DNA of 39,312 nucleotides from Armatimonadota bacterium (GTDB taxonomy: Bacteria; Armatimonadota; Fimbriimonadia; Fimbriimonadales; GBS-DC). The position numbers were made by a program, and so were the translations under genes. The notes under the pieces are model-generated. The model worked only from the letters and a program-made list of their open reading frames with translations, had not been told where the DNA came from and searched no databases. The DNA lies in contig JBBIML010000025.1 in assembly GCA_037444405.1 (NCBI GenBank), positions 1 through 39,312 of the forward strand, in the 5' to 3' direction. Shown piece by piece: positions 7,906 through 15,541 of the stretch. Each line of letters starts with the position of its first letter. Positions within the stretch are counted from its first letter, which is position 1.

Positions 7906-9374
7906 ACCTCGCGGATCGAGTCGGCGCCCGTGAGCAGCATCGCCATGCGGTCGATGCCGATGCCCAGCCCGCCTGCCGGGGGCATGCCATACTCCATCGC
8001 GCGGATGAAATCCTCGTCAAACGGGTGCGCTTCCTCGTCGCCCGCCTCGCGCAGAGCCTGCTGTGCCAGGAACCGCTCCCGCTGTTCCAGCGGGTCGTTC
8101 AGCTCCGAGAAGGCGTTCGCCACCTCCTGCCCAAAAATGTAGCCTTCGAAGCGGCGAGTGAAGCGCGGATTGTCGGGTTCGCGCTTCGCCAGCGGCGAGG
8201 TGTCCAGCGGGAAGCCGTAGACAAAGGTCGGCTGCTGGAGGTGATGTGCCACGCACTTCTCCAGCACCTTCTCGATGATGCCACCGATGGTGTCTTTGCG
8301 CTCGATATGGATGCCCAGCCGTCCGGCAGCCTGCGTTGCCCGCTCCAGCGTCTCAAAATCGGCTTCCGTCAGCCCTGTATGCTCCCGAATCGCCTCCATC
8401 AGGCGCACGCGCCGCCACGGCTGGCTGAAGTCGACCTGCACGCCCTCCCGCTCAAACACGGTCGTGCCGAACACCGTCTGTGCCACATGCCGAAAGAGCC
8501 GCTCCACCAGCGCCATGATGTCTTCCAGGTTGGCGTACGCCTGATAGAGTTCCAGCATGGTGAACTCGGGGTTATGGCGGGTGGAGATGCCCTCGTTGCG
8601 GAACACGCGCCCGATTTCGAACACCTTATCGATGCCGCCAATCAGCAACCGCTTGAGATGGAGTTCGAGCGCGATTCGCAGCTGGAAGGTGCGATCCAGC
8701 GCGTTGTGATAGGTGATGAAGGGGCGCGCCGCCGCGCCGCCCGCCAGCGGCTGAAGCACGGGTGTCTCCACCTCCAGAAAGCCCTCCGCCTCCAGAAATC
8801 GGCGAATGGCGGACACCATGCGGCAGCGGGCAATCAATCGCCGTCGCGAATCAGGGTTCACCAGCAGGTCCAGATAGCGCTGGCGATGGCGCAGCTCCAC
8901 ATCGTGCAGACCGTACCAGCGCTGCTCGCCCTTCTCTTTGGGGAACGGCACAGGTCGAATCGCCTTCGCCAGCAGAGCGAATTCCTGCACATGCACGGTG
9001 ATTTCGCCCGTGCGCGTTTTGAACACGACGCCCTTCACGCCCAGATAGTCGCCGATGTCCCACAGGTCGATCAGCGTGTAGCGCTCGCCCAGCTCATCGG
9101 CTTTGAGATAGATTTGTAGTTTGCCCGTGCTGTCCATCAGGTGGGCGAAGGTGGCGCGTCCCATCGGGCGGATGGAGAAGATTCGCCCCGCGACGACCAC
9201 CGTCTGACCCTCCAGCCGCTCGTACTGCTCATGCACCTGCTGGAGGGTATGCGTGATGGGATAGCGTTCGATGGCGAAGGGGTCCAGCCCCTGCGCGCGC
9301 AGCTGCTGGAGCTTCTCCAGTCGGACCTGAACCAGCTGGTTCTCCTCTTCAATCGGGTGCAGCGGCTCCTGCAT
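7878..9374 (-). CDS. lysS: Lysine--tRNA ligase (class II)
   Basis: RQRYLDL, EVETPVL, GGAAARPFITYHN, FRNEG...HNPEFT, YGMPPAGGLGIGIDR. Start at ATG 9374. Confidence 0.98.
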   Translation of the reverse strand: MQEPLHPIEEENQLVQVRLEKLQQLRAQGLDPFAIERYPITHTLQQVHEQYERLEGQTVVVAGRIFSIRPMGRATFAHLMDSTGKLQIYLKADELGERYTLIDLWDIGDYLGVKGVVFKTRTGEITVHVQEFALLAKAIRPVPFPKEKGEQRWYGLHDVELRHRQRYLDLLVNPDSRRRLIARCRMVSAIRRFLEAEGFLEVETPVLQPLAGGAAARPFITYHNALDRTFQLRIALELHLKRLLIGGIDKVFEIGRVFRNEGISTRHNPEFTMLELYQAYANLEDIMALVERLFRHVAQTVFGTTVFEREGVQVDFSQPWRRVRLMEAIREHTGLTEADFETLERATQAAGRLGIHIERKDTIGGIIEKVLEKCVAHHLQQPTFVYGFPLDTSPLAKREPDNPRFTRRFEGYIFGQEVANAFSELNDPLEQRERFLAQQALREAGDEEAHPFDEDFIRAMEYGMPPAGGLGIGIDRMAMLLTGADSIREVIFFPQMRD

Positions 9375-9409
9375 ACGCGGGCTATTGTACCTGATTAGGG
9401 ATTCACCTC

Positions 9410-11146
9410 TTAGCGTGTGCCGAGCCATTGTACGGTTGCGTCGGTGAGGGCGCGGCTGCCGTCCGGGCGCGTGGTCAGCACGCCCAACACCGCCACGCTG
9501 TCGCCCTCCAGCCACGGCAACAGCAGCTCCCGCGCCGACACTTCAACGGTACGCTCGCTCAGCCAGTCGCCAATCAGCAGGGGCTGCTCGGCGCGCTCCG
9601 TGCCTCTCACCACACGCTCTGGCATCAGCAGCACGCGCGTGCCGTCGGGCAACCCGGTCAGGCTCTCCAGCCGACGCAGGCGTAAAGCGTCCGATTCGCC
9701 CAGCGCCCAGTGCAACGCGGTGGTCAGCCCCGGCGTGATAATCACCGTCGGGGCTTGAACGGCGGGCAGTCCCTCCGCACGCACAATCACGCTGTAGACG
9801 CCTGGCTCCAGACCAACAGCGGCATAGAAGCCCGTGCCGTCAGCCTGCACCTGTCGGACGCGCGCGCCGTGCCGATAAATCTCCACCGTTGCGCCGTCCA
9901 CCCAGCTCAGGTCGCGCGCGTTCAGGACGGTGCCCATCAGGTGCCCGCGCGTGGGGTTGCGCTTCCACTCCATCGGGGGCGTCGGCACCCATTCGGGGAA
10001 GGCACGCTCGCGCAGCATGGCATAAAAGCCCTCCTCATAGCGGCGGGTGCCCCCCTCCGTGCCGTTGCCGCTCGTCGCCGCATAGGAGAAGAAGTTGACC
10101 CCCGCGAGCCGATTGCCTTTCGGCGAGGGCGCCCGCGCAATCTCGATCTGGCGCACCGTGTCGTCCCACGAGTTCAGATAGTTGCCGATGCCCGCCACCC
10201 CATGCCGACCGTACTGGTGGTCCTTGAGGAAATTCACCCAGTTCAGGTAGAAGCGGGCGCGTTCAGGGTTCGCCTGATGATAATAGATCATCGGGATTGC
10301 CCTGTCAAGGATGCCTTCTTCGAGCCAGCCGCGCCAGTCCTGAAACACGCGGCTGTAGGCGCTGCGGTTCACCCAGTCGTCGGTGTCGCGCGGACCGTCG
10401 CCCCAGGTGATGAGCGCGGCGCTGATGGCAATCTGCGGCTTGATCGCCATGGCGTTCGCGTACACCTTGCGCACGATGGCGGTGACCTGATCGCGGCGCC
10501 ACTGCTTCCAGAGCGGGTCGGTCGGTTCCGGCTTGCCCGTGCGCCCATAGCGACGGTTGAACCGCGCCACGCTCACAGGGTTATAGCCCCACTGCTTGCC
10601 CGTGTAGCGGATGTAGTCGAAGTGAAGCCCGTCGATGTCGTAGCGGCGGACGATGTCCAGCGCGACGCGCGTGAAGAAGGCATTGGCGAGCGGATGCCCC
10701 CAGTCCATGCCGTAGCCGACCTCGGTGATGCGCTCACCCTGAACATTTTCCGTCTGAATCTCGGGGAAGCGGTTCAGAATGTGCTTCGGGTCAGCGGGCC
10801 AGCCGCTGCCGGGCCAGATGGGATGGCAGTTGACCCACACATGCACTTCGATTGGGGGCTGCATCTGGTGCGCTTTCTCGATCAGGTACGCCAGCGCGTC
10901 AAAGCCGGGCTGCTGGTTCGTGGCGAACGGCTCGAAGGGCGAAAAGTAGTGGGCGTCGCCGCGCTTGCGCATCTGCACGATAATCGCGTTCATGTTCGCC
11001 GCGCGCACGCGCCGCAGCAGCGCGTCCGCCTCTTCAGGCGTGTGGAAGCCCTCGTTGAAGCCGTCCACCCAGAAGCCCCGAAACTCCGCCTGCGAATATG
11101 CGACCGCCATCATCCCTGTCAGCAGCAGCCACCATCCCTGTCGCAC
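9410..11146 (-). CDS. Family 10 glycosyl hydrolase-like (GHL10, YddW/DigH-type) secreted protein with carboxypeptidase-regulatory-like domain
   Basis: EFRGFWV, QMRKRGDAHY, FDALAYLIEKAH, YDIDGLHFDYIRY, QDWRGWL, PMIY; C-terminal GHLMGTV...DGTGFY. Start is GTG 11146 (the ATG at 11155 overlaps the -10 box) or 11155. Confidence 0.85.
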   Translation of the reverse strand: MRQGWWLLLTGMMAVAYSQAEFRGFWVDGFNEGFHTPEEADALLRRVRAANMNAIIVQMRKRGDAHYFSPFEPFATNQQPGFDALAYLIEKAHQMQPPIEVHVWVNCHPIWPGSGWPADPKHILNRFPEIQTENVQGERITEVGYGMDWGHPLANAFFTRVALDIVRRYDIDGLHFDYIRYTGKQWGYNPVSVARFNRRYGRTGKPEPTDPLWKQWRRDQVTAIVRKVYANAMAIKPQIAISAALITWGDGPRDTDDWVNRSAYSRVFQDWRGWLEEGILDRAIPMIYYHQANPERARFYLNWVNFLKDHQYGRHGVAGIGNYLNSWDDTVRQIEIARAPSPKGNRLAGVNFFSYAATSGNGTEGGTRRYEEGFYAMLRERAFPEWVPTPPMEWKRNPTRGHLMGTVLNARDLSWVDGATVEIYRHGARVRQVQADGTGFYAAVGLEPGVYSVIVRAEGLPAVQAPTVIITPGLTTALHWALGESDALRLRRLESLTGLPDGTRVLLMPERVVRGTERAEQPLLIGDWLSERTVEVSARELLLPWLEGDSVAVLGVLTTRPDGSRALTDATVQWLGTR

Positions 11147-11167
11147 AGGGACCATTTTACCTGCGGG

Positions 11168-11683
11168 CTAACTGCTGAACCGCTCTTTGATAGCAGGGCG
11201 CGTCAGCACTATCAGCACGATAATCGGATAGATAAGAGCGAAAGCAGTGCTGACAATGCCCATCACACCGCCCAGCGCCGTCGCGATCCCTGCTTCAGGA
11301 ACATCACCAAGCACGCGCTGCTGGATAGGGAGCATCACGGTATAGGTGAGAACGAGCGATACCAGCGTCCACAGAATGCTTATCACGCTGTAGACCAGCA
11401 TGAGGTTATAGCCGAGTGGCGCCATGCGCAGCAGCAGAATCGCGCCGACCAGCAGCACAATTGCCAGCAGGATATCCACGACTAACTGTAGCGTGACTAA
11501 GCGCATATAGGTAGGGTCTTGAAACAGTTTCGTCTGGGGAACCTGTTGATCCGGGGGCGCCATCTGGGCAAATGTGCCAGCGAGCGGGGTAGCCACCAGC
11601 CCGCACAGTCCGCCACACAGTCCCAGCACCGCCAGCACGATGCCGATAATGCCGATCACCGTCACTGCCGTTGGTCGTGTCAT
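11168..11683 (-). CDS. Integral membrane protein (about 4 TM)
   Basis: RPTAVTVIGII start, four hydrophobic segments, strong SD GGGAGGTG upstream. Confidence 0.8.
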   Translation of the reverse strand: MTRPTAVTVIGIIGIVLAVLGLCGGLCGLVATPLAGTFAQMAPPDQQVPQTKLFQDPTYMRLVTLQLVVDILLAIVLLVGAILLLRMAPLGYNLMLVYSVISILWTLVSLVLTYTVMLPIQQRVLGDVPEAGIATALGGVMGIVSTAFALIYPIIVLIVLTRPAIKERFSS

Positions 11684-11707
11684 CGTACACCTCCCTGTAA
11701 GGGATTA

Positions 11708-11735
11708 ATTCGCTGCTGATGGGGTAGACTCCTGC
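11708..11735 (-). promoter_or_regulatory. SigH/Spo0H-like promoter
   Basis: GCAGGA-N18-GAAT upstream of the SD and ATG 11683. Confidence 0.6.
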
Positions 11736-11744
11736 TTAAGGGAA

Positions 11745-12827
11745 GTGGCGGCGGTGCGAGCGGGCGACTGGATGGGTTATGCGGTCGACGAGGTGGGTTG
11801 CACGGTGTGTGGAGCGGGATGCGATCCTGTGTCCATCCGCTGCCCCCACTGCGGCAACGACCCGTTGCAGGGTATGGGCGTGCTGATTGGTCCGCTTGCG
11901 CCGCATCAGCTCATGCGGGCAATCGGTTTTCGGCTGCTAATAGTGCTGGTGCTGGGTGGCTATGTGCTGTTTCGTGAGGCGCAGCTCTTCGCCGAGCAGG
12001 AGGCGCTGTGGAACGCGCTGGGATGGATCGCGCTGATCGTTCTCGTGTTGGCGCTGTGGGGTTTCGGGCGGAACCTGTGGCAACTGTGGCTGCTGACTCG
12101 GCTGCGCCTGGTGCTGACCGATTCGGGGATTCTGCTCTTTTATCGGCGGGGCGGGCGGGTCTATCTGGATCGGATGGACTGGGGCGAGCTGGAGCCGCCT
12201 GCGTCCGCGCGCTCGCACTGGCTGCCGAGTCTCTTGCGGGCGATAGGGCATCTGCTGGCGATGGGCGGGCTGCACTGGCTGGCGCTGATTCTGCCCGAGC
12301 CTGCCCGAGAGGTTTGTTTGCGCAGCCTGTTCAACCCCGCTCGCCGCTGGATTATCCCTGTGAGCACGCTCATCATCACGCCAACGGAGCTGCTGACCTG
12401 GCTGGCGGTTTACGCCGCGCCGCGCTGGTTGAGCAACGGTCAAATCACCATCGAACCGGGCTACGAGCCGACTCCGGAACGCCCGTTCCTCGCGCTCGAT
12501 ATCGATCGGCGTCTGCTGCGCGCCTACGCCTTTCGGGATATATTGCTGGATGAGGTTCCGATGGACGCCGATTCGGTGCTGAATGGCATGTTGCCGCCGC
12601 ACTGGCTGCGTCCCGAATCGACCAACCCCGACGGCACGCGCGTGGAAGCCGATTTCACGCTGGAGCCAGCGCCGCCCCCGCGCAGGAGTGGCTCCCTGCG
12701 ACTGCCTGCTTTCGCCCTGCCGTATGGAAAGGGCTACTGGCTGCGCGCCGACTGGAACCTCACCGCGCGCATCGAGGCGCGTCGCCGCGCCAGCGAAATT
12801 GCCAGTTCGCGCACCGTCACCACCTGA
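11745..12827 (+). CDS. Hypothetical membrane protein with N-terminal zinc ribbon
   Basis: CTVC...CPHC, then two or three TM helices and a soluble domain; start uncertain (11745 or 11772). Confidence 0.7.
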   Translation: MAAVRAGDWMGYAVDEVGCTVCGAGCDPVSIRCPHCGNDPLQGMGVLIGPLAPHQLMRAIGFRLLIVLVLGGYVLFREAQLFAEQEALWNALGWIALIVLVLALWGFGRNLWQLWLLTRLRLVLTDSGILLFYRRGGRVYLDRMDWGELEPPASARSHWLPSLLRAIGHLLAMGGLHWLALILPEPAREVCLRSLFNPARRWIIPVSTLIITPTELLTWLAVYAAPRWLSNGQITIEPGYEPTPERPFLALDIDRRLLRAYAFRDILLDEVPMDADSVLNGMLPPHWLRPESTNPDGTRVEADFTLEPAPPPRRSGSLRLPAFALPYGKGYWLRADWNLTARIEARRRASEIASSRTVTT

Positions 12828-12861
12828 AAACCCGCATTTTCATCAGCCTGCGCATCGCGCT

Positions 12862-12878
12862 CTGGCACGCTTCTTGCT
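12862..12878 (+). promoter_or_regulatory. sigma54 (-24/-12) promoter
   Basis: CTGGCACGCTTCTTGCT matches YTGGCACG-N4-TTGCW exactly, about 50 bp upstream of the PEP-CTERM gene, which has SD CAGGAGG. Confidence 0.85.
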
Positions 12879-12929
12879 TCTCCCCTTCACACGCAGGCAA
12901 CGCCTGCGATCCACAGGAGGTGCGAAACG

Positions 12930-13607
12930 ATGTGCAAGGGAACAATCGCGAAATGGTTTGGGCTGAGCGGTCTTCTCGTTGGTTTGAGTGCGGGCAACCT
13001 GTATGCCAGCGACCCTCAGTTCAATGCGGAGAAGACCACTTTTCTGGGAATTATCACGCTCCGAATCACGACCGTCTCGCCCGGCGCCAGCACGCAAATC
13101 TGGTACAGCGGCAACACGCTGAATGTGAAGGCAGGGCAGTATCAGATTGTCTCGTCGGGCGCGCCTCAGAACTTTGCCTTCTGCGTCGATCTGGATCACT
13201 GGATGACGCTCAACCGGGACTACACCTACGAGCTGTGGCTGGCTCATGGTCGCGCCGGCGCCTTGCTGAATCTCAGGAACAGCTTCCTGACAGGGAGCGA
13301 TCTCAATAAGAAAGGGGCAGGCTTTCAGGTCGCGATGTGGGAGATTGCGTATGACCACGCGCTCGGCAACAGCGTGAGTCTCACCAGCGGCGTGTTCAAA
13401 TACTCGGCGAACACGGCTATTAAGAACTACGCCAGCTCGCTGCTTGCCAGCACAGCGGGCCAGAGCGCGCCCTACTTCTATCTGCGGGCGCTCGGGCACG
13501 GCTCCAATCGGGGTCAGGACCTGGTGATGCCTGTGCCGGAGCCGGGTGCGCTGATTGCGCTGGGCACGGGTCTGATTGGCTTACTAACTCGCCGCCGACG
13601 CGGATGA
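12930..13607 (+). CDS. PEP-CTERM sorting domain protein (exosortase substrate)
   Basis: Signal peptide; C-terminal VPEPGALIALGTGLIGLLTRRRRG; internal AFCVDL and FQVAMWEI motifs. Confidence 0.92.
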   Translation: MCKGTIAKWFGLSGLLVGLSAGNLYASDPQFNAEKTTFLGIITLRITTVSPGASTQIWYSGNTLNVKAGQYQIVSSGAPQNFAFCVDLDHWMTLNRDYTYELWLAHGRAGALLNLRNSFLTGSDLNKKGAGFQVAMWEIAYDHALGNSVSLTSGVFKYSANTAIKNYASSLLASTAGQSAPYFYLRALGHGSNRGQDLVMPVPEPGALIALGTGLIGLLTRRRRG

Positions 13608-13611
13608 TGTT

Positions 13612-13803
13612 CCCCTCACCCCCTTGCCCCCTCTCCCGACACTGTGGGAGAGGGGGACACCTGCCCTCTCCCCCGCCTGCGGGGGAGAGGGTACGGGTGA
13701 GGGGGCAAAGTGGCTCTCGCCTGTGAAAACCCCTCACTCCAATCCTCTCCCCAGAGGGGCGAGGGGGTTCAGAAAGCCCTCCCCTCCGCTGGGAGAGAGG
13801 GGC
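13612..13803. repeat. Cluster of boxC-like palindromes between convergent genes
   Basis: Units at about 13612-13656 (forward), 13664-13705 (inverted), 13730-13767 (forward) and 13776-13803 (partial), each with a CCTCTCCC..GGGAGAGG-type stem. Confidence 0.85.
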
Positions 13804-13810
13804 GCTTCTT

Positions 13811-14857
13811 TTACTCCCTGATCCCGCACAGCTGCTTGTAGACGGCAATCACCTTGCGGATATAGTTCTGCGTCTCCTTATAGGGTGGCACGCCGCCGTG
13901 CTTGCGCACCGCGCCTGAACCTGCGTTATAGGCAGCCAGTGTCAGCACCACATGCTCCCATGTGTTCGGGTCGCCCCCCACCTGTCGCCAGTAGCGCTCC
14001 AGATGTCCGCGCACCAGTCGCACCGTGCCCGCCAGGTTCTGAATCGGGTCATAGGGGTCCACCACGCCCAGCCCGCGCGCGGTGCCAGGCATCAGCTGTC
14101 CCAGCCCCATCGCGCCCTTGCGCGAGGTCGCATTCGGATTGAAGCCCGATTCGACCAGCACAATCGCCATGATAAAGCGCGGGTCAACCCCATAGTGCGC
14201 GCTGAAGCGCAGGATGGCGCGGGCAATCTGTTCGGCTTGCCCGGCAGGCAGGCGCGGATTGAACCGCCGAATCGCCTGATAGTAGGACGGCACATAGAGT
14301 TCCAGGTTCGCAGCGAAGGTCTGCCAGTCGGTGATGGTGGGCGGCTGCGCGGTTGCGCCACGATTGGAGAGCGGCGGGCGCGGCGACCGCGTCCGTGCTG
14401 TTGTGTTGCGGGCAGCAGGCTTCGCAGGCGGCTCGGCGGGCGGGCGCGAGCGCACCTGCGCCTCATAACGCGCCATCATATCGGCATAGATGGCGTCGAT
14501 CAGCCGATAATCGGGCATCACCAGCTCGCTCGCGCGAGCGACCTGCACCAGCGCGCGGATGCGAACCTGCCCGCGCGTGAGCCAGTTATGCCCCTTACCA
14601 ATCTGAATCACCAGGCTGCGCGACGGCTCCACCTCCAGCAGAATCGATTGCTGGTCATCCACGGCAATCGAGCCGCGCACGATGCCCTCCACTTCCAGCA
14701 CGCGCTTGCCGACGGCAATCTCCAGCGCGGCAATCGGCGTAACGCCCTGCACCCTGTGCAGGCGCCGCAGGTGCAGATAGCGCTCCAGCTCCTGCGCCGA
14801 CGCCTGCGCCATCAACAGCATCAGTCCACAACCTATCAACCACCAGCGCGTTCCCAC
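13811..14857 (-). CDS. Lytic transglycosylase (SLT domain), secreted
   Basis: AIVLVESGFNPNATSRKGAMGLGQLMPGTA, LAAYNAG, PPYKETQNY; N-terminal signal peptide. Confidence 0.92.
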   Translation of the reverse strand: MGTRWWLIGCGLMLLMAQASAQELERYLHLRRLHRVQGVTPIAALEIAVGKRVLEVEGIVRGSIAVDDQQSILLEVEPSRSLVIQIGKGHNWLTRGQVRIRALVQVARASELVMPDYRLIDAIYADMMARYEAQVRSRPPAEPPAKPAARNTTARTRSPRPPLSNRGATAQPPTITDWQTFAANLELYVPSYYQAIRRFNPRLPAGQAEQIARAILRFSAHYGVDPRFIMAIVLVESGFNPNATSRKGAMGLGQLMPGTARGLGVVDPYDPIQNLAGTVRLVRGHLERYWRQVGGDPNTWEHVVLTLAAYNAGSGAVRKHGGVPPYKETQNYIRKVIAVYKQLCGIRE

Positions 14858-14866
14858 GCCAGTAGT

Positions 14867-14893
14867 ATTCCATGAAGCGCGGGCGATTCCTGC
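14867..14893 (-). promoter_or_regulatory. SigH/Spo0H-like promoter
   Basis: GCAGGA-N17-GAAT, 9 nt before GTG 14857. Confidence 0.7.
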
Positions 14894-14957
14894 TGCCTAC
14901 CTGGTCAAAGCGTCGGGCTTGGCAAGATATTTTCGGGTGAGCTGGAGATTTTCAGTT

Positions 14958-14986
14958 TTGACGCTACAGGCAAGCGGCTCTATCAT
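14958..14986 (+). promoter_or_regulatory. sigma70-type promoter
   Basis: TTGACG-N17-TATCAT upstream of the 68-aa ORF. Confidence 0.7.
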
Positions 14987-15037
14987 CAGTGAGTCAAGCC
15001 CTCATCTTAGGTATCCTCTCCTCGTGGAGGGAGCGAA

Positions 15038-15244
15038 ATGGAGACCGCAGGGCGTATCGGGCGCATGCTGACGGCGCTGATGCTGGTGCAGCTGATAGCG
15101 CTGGTCGTCGGGTTCTGGTTCATCTACCGCGCACAGTTAGCCATTATCGAGCGACTGGACACCATTCGGCAGGAGATGCAGAAGACGAACCAGCACATGA
15201 GCGACCTCAAATCGGGTCTGCAGCGGCTGATTCCGGGCATCTGA
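15038..15244 (+). CDS. Small single-TM protein with coiled-coil tail
   Basis: SD GGAGGGAG, a sigma70-type promoter upstream, TM helix followed by an amphipathic helix. Confidence 0.7.
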   Translation: METAGRIGRMLTALMLVQLIALVVGFWFIYRAQLAIIERLDTIRQEMQKTNQHMSDLKSGLQRLIPGI

Positions 15245-15275
15245 CCGCAAAAGCGCGATTTTCCGCGCGCATTAA

Positions 15276-15302
15276 GCAGGAATCGCCGCGCGGATAGGGT
15301 AT
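15276..15302 (+). promoter_or_regulatory. SigH/Spo0H-like promoter
   Basis: GCAGGA-N17-GTAT; the -10 box is overlapped by the dyad GATAGG-GTAT-CCTATC. Confidence 0.5.
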
Positions 15303-15541
15303 CCTATCGATAGAAACCATCCTCTGCTTCTTTATACCGAAAGGGTGGGGCTGAGAGGCTCCATTTGGCTGCAGTTGCGGTTTCCTGGTAACTGGGGCGT
15401 TCATACAGGGGATGCTCCTGTATGGGCATGCATATGGCGCGGTGTGGGTCGCTCGTCTTTCTTCCGGTCCCGTGCCTGCTGGACAGGGCGCGGGCGTGGA
15501 GAGCTGGTTTGCCACGCGCGCCAATAACGGCAGGGACGGCA

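Noticed and set aside
7775..8020. N-terminal extension of the alkaline phosphatase ORF
   Set aside because: Overlaps lysS in another frame; the Tat signal and TATAAT box place the start at 7774.
15310..15400. TPP, T-box or c-di-GMP-I riboswitch (GCTGAGAG; AAACCATCC..GAAAGGGTGG)
   Set aside because: Other required conserved elements (ACCTGAT..GCGTAGG, TGGNACCGCG, GGCAAA/CGCAAA) are absent; kept only as an unknown structured leader.
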